Virus record (IMG/VR): IMGVR_UViG_3300007102_000044
Coordinates: 104,254 to 130,519 of that record
DNA length: 26,266 bases
Source of the DNA: a virus
Direction: 5' to 3' (one strand)
Below are positions 7,376 through 15,369 of the stretch, piece by piece (the stretch's first letter is position 1; each line of letters starts with the position of its first letter). The notes under the pieces are model-generated. The model had not been told where the DNA came from and did not search any database. It worked only from the letters and a program-made list of their open reading frames with translations. The position numbers were made by a program, and so were the translations under genes.

Positions 7376-8746
7376 ATGATTAACACAGAGAAATTTGACC
7401 TTAGAGATAAAGGTGCTTATCAACTCATTGATGAATGGAGACACGTTCTTGAATTCAGTGGTGAAACTGATGAACAAAAAGAGTCTGCGAAAATTTTTAG
7501 AGAAAAAGTTCCAGACCTTGAAGCAATCACTGATTTTAAAGAGGCTTACTTTTTAGCTACTCAGTGTGAAATTGCAAAACAACTTGGATTCCTTGATGAA
7601 TCTACTGTATCTGGTGATGTGGCTGTTTACGTTCCACAATATCTTCCAATTCTCAGACGTTCTATGTCTGCTCTCATTGGTACAGATATTTTTGGTGTAC
7701 AGCAAATGCAATCTGCTTCACAACAGATTTTCACACTTAAGACATCTTACACAAATGACAGTGATACATCTGTAAAAAGAAGCAACTCTGCAATTCTTGT
7801 ATTTGCTGATTCAACTGGTCTTTCAGTTGGTGATACAATTACAGGCGATACATCTGGTGCTACTGGTACAGTTCTTTATATCGAAGGTAACGTTGTACTT
7901 GTAAGAGTTGATTCAGGTACATTCCAAGAAGAAGACCTTAACACAGCGACTTACACAGTATCCGCTGTTGTAGATAACGAAACTGCATTTCCATATGTAC
8001 TTAGTAACTACTCTGGTTCTTACACAACTGCTGATGGTGAAGCACTTTCAACAGATATGAAAGAAATTGGATTTGACATTTCAAGTGTTCCTGTTACAGC
8101 AAGAACAAGAAAAGTCAAAGCTAAGTTTACAAACGAACTTGAAGAAGACCTTAGAGCGGTTCACAATATCAATGCTCAACAACTGCTTTCACAAGTAGCT
8201 TCAGAAGAGATTGCTGTTGAAATGAACCAAGAGTTTATTGCTAAAGTTAATGAACTCGCTGTTGCAAATGCTGTAACATCTTGGGATTACTCTACAGCTG
8301 ATGGTAGATGGGAAATTGAAAAATATCAGAACCTTCTTGCTGTAATTTCCAGACAAGCAAGACAAATTGCTGTTGATACAAAAAGAGGGCAAGCAAATTG
8401 GATTATCATTACTCCAAACGTGCTTACTGCTCTTGAAATGACAGGTAAACTTGATAAAACAGGTGTAGATTTTACTAAATCAGCATTTGTAGGTACTCTT
8501 AACGGTACTCTTAAAGTTTACGTTGACATTTATGCAACTGGTTCTTATGTACTTCTTGGTTACAAAGGTAATGACATGGATGCTGGTTTCTACTACGCAC
8601 CTTATGTACCTCTTAAAATCATGAAGGGTAACGGTGAAGAAGATGGTCAACCAAGACTCTTCTTCCAGACAAGATATGGTCTTGTTGCTAACCCTATCGG
8701 TGATAAATACTTTAGGAAGATTCTTATTAATAACCTTCCTGTTTAA
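7376..8746 (+). CDS. Major capsid protein, T4 gp23 family
   Basis: LPILRR, IFGVQQM, TARTRKVKAKFTNELEEDLRAVH, DGRWEIEK, RGQANWII, DAGFYYAPYVPL and GQPRLFFQTRYG. Highly-expressed-type codon bias (CTT, TAC). Predicted gp21 cleavage after L-D-E75. Confidence 0.97.
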   Translation: MINTEKFDLRDKGAYQLIDEWRHVLEFSGETDEQKESAKIFREKVPDLEAITDFKEAYFLATQCEIAKQLGFLDESTVSGDVAVYVPQYLPILRRSMSALIGTDIFGVQQMQSASQQIFTLKTSYTNDSDTSVKRSNSAILVFADSTGLSVGDTITGDTSGATGTVLYIEGNVVLVRVDSGTFQEEDLNTATYTVSAVVDNETAFPYVLSNYSGSYTTADGEALSTDMKEIGFDISSVPVTARTRKVKAKFTNELEEDLRAVHNINAQQLLSQVASEEIAVEMNQEFIAKVNELAVANAVTSWDYSTADGRWEIEKYQNLLAVISRQARQIAVDTKRGQANWIIITPNVLTALEMTGKLDKTGVDFTKSAFVGTLNGTLKVYVDIYATGSYVLLGYKGNDMDAGFYYAPYVPLKIMKGNGEEDGQPRLFFQTRYGLVANPIGDKYFRKILINNLPV

Positions 8747-8783
8747 TAGACCTCTATAGGATTTTTATCCTCCAATCCTTTTT

Positions 8784-8817
8784 AAGAGGGCAGTCTAAAA
8801 AGACTGCCCTCTTTTTT
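8784..8817 (+). terminator. Rho-independent terminator after capsid gene
   Basis: Perfect 13-bp stem AAGAGGGCAGTCT/AGACTGCCCTCTT, AAAA loop, then a T-run. Confidence 0.92.
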
Positions 8818-8819
8818 AT

Positions 8820-9020
8820 TCAAATTTGTGTCATAAGTGAATCAGTTATATTTTTAACATCTGATTCTCTTGCAAGTGTACCAGACCCATATTTAAAGGT
8901 TAAAAGGTCTGCTACAAGTGTTCTGACTTCTTCCCTTTCTATAAAACCTTCGGGATAATTAGCAAGTATTCTTTTAGCCAGATTAACAACTTGAATTTTG
9001 TTTACGTTTTTGATTTCCAT
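8820..9020 (-). CDS. Hypothetical protein (66 aa), lone reverse-strand gene
   Basis: Occupies the gp23-gp48 gap without overlap, with a GAGAGG SD and its own sigma70-like promoter. Confidence 0.8.
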   Translation of the reverse strand: MEIKNVNKIQVVNLAKRILANYPEGFIEREEVRTLVADLLTFKYGSGTLARESDVKNITDSLMTQI

Positions 9021-9050
9021 AATATAACCTCTCTTTTTAGTTTATAATTA

Positions 9051-9079
9051 AATATAAACCAATTAATTATATATGTCAA
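9051..9079 (-). promoter_or_regulatory. Sigma70-type early promoter (TTGACA-N17-TATATT)
   Basis: The minus strand reads TTGACA tatataattaattggtt TATATT, ending 30 nt upstream of ATG 9020. Confidence 0.75.
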
Positions 9080-9095
9080 CAACAAATTTACAAAA

Positions 9096-9112
9096 AGATA
9101 AATATATAAAAG
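9096..9112 (+). promoter_or_regulatory. Conserved 17-nt motif copy 5 (baseplate operon)
   Basis: AGATAAATATATAAAAG (core intact, 3 mismatches), ending 14 nt before ATG 9127, the first gene after the terminator. Confidence 0.65.
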
Positions 9113-9126
9113 TGAGAGAAATTTAA

Positions 9127-9810
9127 ATGTTACAATTCCCTTTAGATGTAGATAAAAGTAATGCGCCTTTTATAGTGTTTACACCATATGCTTATAACTT
9201 TGATTCTGTTAAAACTAAAGCTCCCGTTAATAGAAAAGAAATAAAAGATGATTCCGTTGTATTACCACTACCAAATTCAGGACTGACTAATAACGTCAAT
9301 TCTAATTGGAATCCTGAAGAGGGTTTATTAGATTTGGCTGGTGGTGGATTGGCTAAAGCTGGACAAGCTGTTCAACAAAAAACAGGAAGTCTTTCAAAGT
9401 ATTTTACAAGAGGTCAATTTCTCAACGATTATGCAACATTATCATATTCAGGAACAGATTTTAGAACATTCACATTTTCATGGGAAAATATGATTCCATC
9501 TCAGGAATCTGAATCAAATATTTTATATGAAATATTTAAACATTTTGAAAGACTTAGCATTCCAGAATATTCAAATTCAGCAACAACACCATTATTAGAA
9601 TATCCTTCATATTGGATTATATCTATAAACCTTGTTAATAATGCTATACAGGAATTATTCAACATACAACAATGTGTGTTATCGAATATAACATATGACT
9701 ATGAACCCAATGGAAGATTTTTAAGTTTTGATTCTGGTCATCCAGTGGTAGCAAGTTTAAGACTTACATTCACTGAACTTAAAAAGAGGTCAAGGAGTGA
9801 TGTAATATGA
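9127..9810 (+). CDS. Baseplate tail tube cap, gp48-like
   Basis: LQFPLD, VLPLP, YSGTDFRTFTFSW, CVLSNITYDYEPNG and LRLTFTEL match gp48. Confidence 0.85.
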   Translation: MLQFPLDVDKSNAPFIVFTPYAYNFDSVKTKAPVNRKEIKDDSVVLPLPNSGLTNNVNSNWNPEEGLLDLAGGGLAKAGQAVQQKTGSLSKYFTRGQFLNDYATLSYSGTDFRTFTFSWENMIPSQESESNILYEIFKHFERLSIPEYSNSATTPLLEYPSYWIISINLVNNAIQELFNIQQCVLSNITYDYEPNGRFLSFDSGHPVVASLRLTFTELKKRSRSDVI

Positions 9811-10373
9811 AATATTTTGATATTATTGGTGAAATAACTATTAATGGTGTTACATACGATGATTTATTTGAAGCTTACAAAGTTTTGAACATTAGTGATG
9901 ACCTTATCGAATATTATGTTATGAATGATGGTGATAGTTTAGAATCGGTTGTTTATGCTAAATACGGTAAAGCTGAATATTGGTGGCTGTTAGCCATTTT
10001 AAACAACATTAACGATTTAGTATATGATATACCATTAGATTCAGAAACGTTGATTAGAAGCATAAATAACGAGACTCAGAGCCTATTTTCAGATAGTCTT
10101 GAGAAGAATACTAAAAACTATTTAATAGAATATAGTTTAAAGTTAAATGATGTTGCTTTAAGAAGCTTTATTGAGTCATACACATCAACAGAATTGATTA
10201 GTTTAATAAATGATGCGATTGATAATAATTTCAGTACATCATTTTATAGAGAGTTTATGTCATATATATACGATATAAGACATGCTGAAAATGATGATAG
10301 AAGAACGTTGCAGATTATAAAACCAGACTTTTTTAATCAGGTTATATTTGATTTCGTGGAGACTAATATTTAA
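9807..10373 (+). CDS. Baseplate wedge subunit, gp53-like (LysM-like)
   Basis: MKYF, DGDSLESVVYAKYGKAEYWWLLAILNNI and ENDDRRTLQIIKP. Confidence 0.88.
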   Translation: MKYFDIIGEITINGVTYDDLFEAYKVLNISDDLIEYYVMNDGDSLESVVYAKYGKAEYWWLLAILNNINDLVYDIPLDSETLIRSINNETQSLFSDSLEKNTKNYLIEYSLKLNDVALRSFIESYTSTELISLINDAIDNNFSTSFYREFMSYIYDIRHAENDDRRTLQIIKPDFFNQVIFDFVETNI

Positions 10374-11536
10374 TGGCTGATGCATTAACATATAAAAACG
10401 TTAATATATATAAGTTAGAACTTGTTTCTCACACAGGCGAAACAATTAATCTAATAGAATTGTTTCTAACACTCAATTTATATGAGTCAATATTCACATA
10501 TAATATAACAGGTAAATTGATACTTATAGATACTATTGATATAATTAAGAATATGCCAATTATTGGTGGTGAAACCATTAATGTATCATTTGGTATTGAT
10601 GAAGATAATATCAAGAATTTGAAATTTGACATATATAAGATTCAGAGGGATGAAGCTGGAATCCGTGATGAAAAGAAAAAGATTGTTATACTATATGTTT
10701 CATCTAAAGGAATGTTAGCAAATGAGAGAAAACGGTTCTCAAAGAGATTTAACACAAGCATAGATAGTATATTGACAGAGGTTACGACACATTTTGAAAG
10801 CTCAAAATTGGTTGAATCTACTCAATCAGAAAATATTAATTATTTGTCTAATTATTGGACTGCATATGAAAATATTGCTTATATACTTACCAATGCTATA
10901 AGACCAGACTATTTCTTTTATGAAACAATGGAGTCTTTTAAGTTTACTACATTTGAAGATATGTTATCTGATGAGTATGGTGAAATAATATTTGATATAT
11001 ATGATGAATCAAAACAGGCTTCAACAGATAACATACTTTCATATAAGATTGATAACTATTTTGATTTGCCTTTAAGTTATAAATCTAAAATATTTGGTAA
11101 TACAAATTATTGTTTGGATGATATAAATTATAATATTGAAAAGACTGTAAATACTTATAGTGATATTATGGATAATTTTGCAAACATGGGTAAAAATAGA
11201 TTGTTTGTTGATGAATTGTATTCAGTAGAGAATGATATAAATACACATGATAGTGATATCATAAACCATAGAAGTCCTTTTATAAAAGGTCTTTCTAATA
11301 ACAACTTGGTTATCAAGTTACATGGTACAATTTCAAGATATGCTGGTCAATCAGTTGTTATGAAAAATTATCCAACTATTGATAATAAAAGTAACTATCA
11401 TGAGTTGTTTAGTGGTAAATGGTTGATTACTGATATAAATCACTCCATTGATAACGATGGTAAATATGAACAAAATTTAGCATTAGTTAAAACAAACTAT
11501 TTTGCTATACAAGATAATATAACAGAGAGAGTCTAA
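10373..11536 (+). CDS. Baseplate hub protein, gp27-like
   Basis: LNLYESIF, MPIIGGETI, YFFYET and SGKWLITDINH, directly before gp5. Confidence 0.78.
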   Translation: MADALTYKNVNIYKLELVSHTGETINLIELFLTLNLYESIFTYNITGKLILIDTIDIIKNMPIIGGETINVSFGIDEDNIKNLKFDIYKIQRDEAGIRDEKKKIVILYVSSKGMLANERKRFSKRFNTSIDSILTEVTTHFESSKLVESTQSENINYLSNYWTAYENIAYILTNAIRPDYFFYETMESFKFTTFEDMLSDEYGEIIFDIYDESKQASTDNILSYKIDNYFDLPLSYKSKIFGNTNYCLDDINYNIEKTVNTYSDIMDNFANMGKNRLFVDELYSVENDINTHDSDIINHRSPFIKGLSNNNLVIKLHGTISRYAGQSVVMKNYPTIDNKSNYHELFSGKWLITDINHSIDNDGKYEQNLALVKTNYFAIQDNITERV

Positions 11537-12597
11537 TGTTTTTTGAAGGTATTGTTGAAAATAATATAGACCCATTAAAATTAGGTAGGGTTCAGGTTAG
11601 AATACTTGGTATTCATACAGATAATAAAACAGATTTACCTACTGAAGATTTGTATTGGGCTGAACTATCATTTCCACCAAATTCACCATATATAGATGGT
11701 CAATGTGATTATTATGGTTTGAAAAATGGTTCAGTGGTTCATGTATTTTTTAAAGATTCTGATATGCAGAAACCTGTTGTGTTTGGTGTAGCACCCAGAA
11801 TACCAAAAGAATTACAAGACTCTTCAACAGGGTTTTCAGACCCTAATGGTGAATATCCTTCAGTGTTAGACGAATCCCCATTAAATAGGTTAGCAAGAAA
11901 TGAAAAAATTGAAGATACTATCATACAAACTAAAAAAGATGATGTTGATTCCACAACTGCTTGTGGTGTTGATATTATTGAACCGATTACTGCTTATGAT
12001 GCTGAATATCCTTATAATAAAGTTATTGCTACTAAAAGTCATATAATTGAAATTGATGATACTAATGGTAAAGAAAGGATTCATATATATCATAAATCTG
12101 GTTCTTTTACTGAAACACATCCAGACGGAACAGTAGTTGAAAAGGTTAAAGCTAAAAAGTATTTGATTATTGAGACTGATGAAAACGAACATGTTAAAGG
12201 TGCTTGGAATAAGAAAGTTGATGGTGATATCAATATTGAAAGTGGTTCTAATGTTAAATTAGTGGTCACTACTGATGTTACTATTGAAACAGGTAATGAT
12301 ACAAATATTGATGCTACGGGTAATGTTAATATAACCTGCACCGAAGCTAATGTGACAGCTAGTAGTAAAGTAACAGTGGATACCCCTGATTCAATTTTTA
12401 CAGGTAATATAAAATCAAACGGTAATATTATTGCTGATGGGAATATTGAAAGCGGTTCTGGTGCGACAAAATCAAGCATGACCCCTAGTGGTGGTATTAC
12501 TTCACCAGCGGTTAGTATAGATGGTATTAATTTTGCAGACCATACACACCCATATACTGATGATGGTAGTCCATTAAACACTGGAACACCACAATAA
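11536..12597 (+). CDS. Baseplate central spike, gp5-like (no lysozyme domain)
   Basis: OB-fold FEGIVENNIDPLKLGRVQVRILGIH and post-lysozyme motif EP...YPYNKV...IEIDDTNGKERIHIYHKSG, then beta-helix repeats and a C-terminal HxH (DHTHP). Confidence 0.9.
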   Translation: MFFEGIVENNIDPLKLGRVQVRILGIHTDNKTDLPTEDLYWAELSFPPNSPYIDGQCDYYGLKNGSVVHVFFKDSDMQKPVVFGVAPRIPKELQDSSTGFSDPNGEYPSVLDESPLNRLARNEKIEDTIIQTKKDDVDSTTACGVDIIEPITAYDAEYPYNKVIATKSHIIEIDDTNGKERIHIYHKSGSFTETHPDGTVVEKVKAKKYLIIETDENEHVKGAWNKKVDGDINIESGSNVKLVVTTDVTIETGNDTNIDATGNVNITCTEANVTASSKVTVDTPDSIFTGNIKSNGNIIADGNIESGSGATKSSMTPSGGITSPAVSIDGINFADHTHPYTDDGSPLNTGTPQ

Positions 12598-12609
12598 ACG
12601 AGGTAATAA

Positions 12610-12990
12610 ATGGCTAATTCAATATATACAGATATAGATTTAAATCTAACTCTGAATGAATTTAATGATATCAGGATTAGAGAATATAAAAGTGCTATAA
12701 AACAAGCAATGACTAATATAATCATAACACCAATTGGTTCTGTTAGATATAATTTACAGTTTGGTAGTAATGTTAAAAAATTATTCTTTAACAAACTCAC
12801 ACCAGCTTTTATATCTGTTGCAAAACAAGAAATAATATTTGCATTGGAAAATTGGGAATCGAGAATCACAATAGATAGTATTGATATAGATTTGTATCCT
12901 GATGAATATAGAGCGGATATCAAAATTTATTATAAAATAAATATAATAAATGAATATGATGAATTAACAATAGAATTACAACAGAGGTAA
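12610..12990 (+). CDS. Baseplate wedge / sheath initiator, gp25-like
   Basis: YTDIDLNL, AIKQAMTNIIITPIGS, FGSNV and ALENWESRI. Confidence 0.92.
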   Translation: MANSIYTDIDLNLTLNEFNDIRIREYKSAIKQAMTNIIITPIGSVRYNLQFGSNVKKLFFNKLTPAFISVAKQEIIFALENWESRITIDSIDIDLYPDEYRADIKIYYKINIINEYDELTIELQQR

Positions 12991-12993
12991 TAA

Positions 12994-14673
12994 ATGGCTA
13001 ATATATACCCAGCTGACTTTGATGGAGTCAAGGACAAGCTTAAAGAGTTTTTACAGAGTCAAGATGAATATAAAGATTATAATTTTGATGCATCTGGACT
13101 TTCCGTTATTATAGATACACTAGCATTTAACACACAATATCAATTATTTTATCTTAATATGGTATTGAATGAAATGTTTATGGCTACAGCAACACAGGAA
13201 AAGAGTGTATACAATCTTTCAAATATGCTCAATTATCTACCTAAGAGAAAAAAGTCTGCAAACATAACAGTGTCAGTGACAAATACAAACATTGTTAATG
13301 ATGTTATCATTCCAAAATATAGTTCTTTTGCTATGGGTAGCATAACATTAGTTAATGTTGATAACTTTACAATACCCGCAAATTCAACAGTCGATATAAT
13401 ACTTAGAGAAGGTGAATGGACTGTTCAACAATATACATCAGATGGAACTGATTATCAAAGATTTTTATTAGCTGATAGGGAGTATATAGACAACGATTAT
13501 TTGTTTGTTTATAAATATCCTTACGACTCTGAAACAGATACAGTAACAGAATCTACAACACCCCTAACATTACTCAATGGTAATAGTGTTGACCCTAATA
13601 ATGAGAATTATTACATAGAATATTTAGAATATATGTATGTAAAATTTGATAATGGTACTATATGTACTGAACTTGTTGAAAATGATGTAGTAACAGTTAA
13701 ATATTTAAAAACCAACGGTAGTTTATACAATGGTAATTCAGCTACTATAACACTTTCATCCGCATTCACAGGAAGTACAGATTTAACATTTGATGTTGAT
13801 TCTAATGTATTGATTGATGGGGTTGATGAAGAAGATATAGAAAGCATTAAGATATCAGCACCACAATTTTATGTTACTAACAATAGGGCTGTTACAGAAG
13901 ATGATTATTTAGCAGTTCTTAAAAGATACTCTAATTATGAATCTTATGCAAACATAATTGCGTGGGGTGGCGAAAAAGAGTTTGTTGATATTGATAGTAA
14001 TATCGTTCCTGAAGCCGATGGAACAGAGAATATAGGCAACGTGTATTTTACAGCTATCAAAAATGATAATGAAACACACCCAACATCACTTGAAATAGAT
14101 GATATATTCAGTTTTGTTGATGGTTATAAAGTTGTAACACTGAACAATAATTTTAAATATACCAATATACTTTATATCACACCTAGTATAGATATCAAAT
14201 TAAGTGATAATTTTGATGTGACTTTAGCTGATATTAAGGCTGATATAGTAGATAATTATTTAGCCAATTTAATAGGGTATAGAAAGACTTTTAACAAATC
14301 CAACTTAACAAGATATATAGATGACCTTAATAAGATTGATTATAGTGATGTTTCTTACACCACATCCGTTAAATATTATAACAATCAAGATGTTTTAAGG
14401 TTATGGAATCAAATTACAATTGGTAGTATATCAGCTGATGTTAGTGGAAACGCTCTTACTGATAGTGATAATGGTGATGGTACTGGTGATTTAAATCTGG
14501 TTGGAACAGGTCAAGTCGGTACTATATATTATAACACTGGTGAAATGTTTTTCACTCATGATTTTGGTGTTGATATTGATATATCATTCACGTTTACAAA
14601 TCAAGTAAGTTTTTCTTTATTTAGAGAGACTTTTTTAGATTTTAATGATTTTTCACTCAATTTAATAGTGTGA
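12994..14673 (+). CDS. Baseplate wedge protein, gp6-like
   Basis: DFDGVKDKLKEFLQSQDEYKDYNFDASGLSVIIDTLAFNT, KFDNG, YLKTNG, NRAVTEDDY and AWGGE. Confidence 0.93.
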   Translation: MANIYPADFDGVKDKLKEFLQSQDEYKDYNFDASGLSVIIDTLAFNTQYQLFYLNMVLNEMFMATATQEKSVYNLSNMLNYLPKRKKSANITVSVTNTNIVNDVIIPKYSSFAMGSITLVNVDNFTIPANSTVDIILREGEWTVQQYTSDGTDYQRFLLADREYIDNDYLFVYKYPYDSETDTVTESTTPLTLLNGNSVDPNNENYYIEYLEYMYVKFDNGTICTELVENDVVTVKYLKTNGSLYNGNSATITLSSAFTGSTDLTFDVDSNVLIDGVDEEDIESIKISAPQFYVTNNRAVTEDDYLAVLKRYSNYESYANIIAWGGEKEFVDIDSNIVPEADGTENIGNVYFTAIKNDNETHPTSLEIDDIFSFVDGYKVVTLNNNFKYTNILYITPSIDIKLSDNFDVTLADIKADIVDNYLANLIGYRKTFNKSNLTRYIDDLNKIDYSDVSYTTSVKYYNNQDVLRLWNQITIGSISADVSGNALTDSDNGDGTGDLNLVGTGQVGTIYYNTGEMFFTHDFGVDIDISFTFTNQVSFSLFRETFLDFNDFSLNLIV

Positions 14674-14684
14674 TAAGGTGATAA

Positions 14685-15356
14685 ATGGATATTAAAAAAG
14701 ATTTATCTATAATATTTAGAGAGCTTTCAAATAAGGCTGTATTAGAAGAGTATCCAGAGTTTGATAAGCTTTTAGAGTATTATTTCAAATTCCTGAATGA
14801 TGAAATTTATAATATAATCATAAACATTACTGAAAACAATAACGTTAATAATATATTATCGGAACTATTATTAAGATTTTATGACCAGTATTTTGATTTA
14901 TTAGATGATAAATATTATAAACTTTCTGATAATAATTTGAGAACCTTTATTGAAATGGCTAAATGGATAAATAATACAAAGGGTAATAAGAACATTTATG
15001 ATTTCATAATTAATTATTTAGAAGGTTATAAGTGGGTAGACCCATCAACTTTATATGAATATACAGTTGAAGATTTATCCCATTCAATTGAAGAAATTAG
15101 ACCTTTTGAATACACATTAACTATAAACCAACCAGTTCTTATTATATATGAGTTTTTACAGAAAGTAAAACCTCTTGGATTTTTAGAAAACTTGTCTGTT
15201 GTGTTAGATACATATTTTGAAGGTAACATGAGCATAACAAGTGCTTTTAAACATTCATATACAGTATATTTTGAAACTGGTACAGAACTGTTTATTGGAA
15301 ATCTTAACAATACAACAGGAATATTACCTAACCCAAGATATATATTTACAAGTTAA
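14685..15356 (+). CDS. Short baseplate wedge protein, gp7/P2 gpI-like
   Basis: Follows gp6. EEYPEF..LLEYYF.FL, TKG and KPLGF motifs resemble the gp7 core. Only 223 aa. Confidence 0.65.
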   Translation: MDIKKDLSIIFRELSNKAVLEEYPEFDKLLEYYFKFLNDEIYNIIINITENNNVNNILSELLLRFYDQYFDLLDDKYYKLSDNNLRTFIEMAKWINNTKGNKNIYDFIINYLEGYKWVDPSTLYEYTVEDLSHSIEEIRPFEYTLTINQPVLIIYEFLQKVKPLGFLENLSVVLDTYFEGNMSITSAFKHSYTVYFETGTELFIGNLNNTTGILPNPRYIFTS

Positions 15357-15369
15357 AGGAGAAATATAA

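Noticed and set aside
8784-8817. Bidirectional terminator
   Set aside because: The minus-strand side of the hairpin is followed by an A-run, not a U-tract, so only + strand termination is supported.
12090-12923. 277 aa minus-strand ORF across gp5/gp25
   Set aside because: Fully antisense to two well-supported genes and has no recognisable motif. Explained by codon-biased shadowing.
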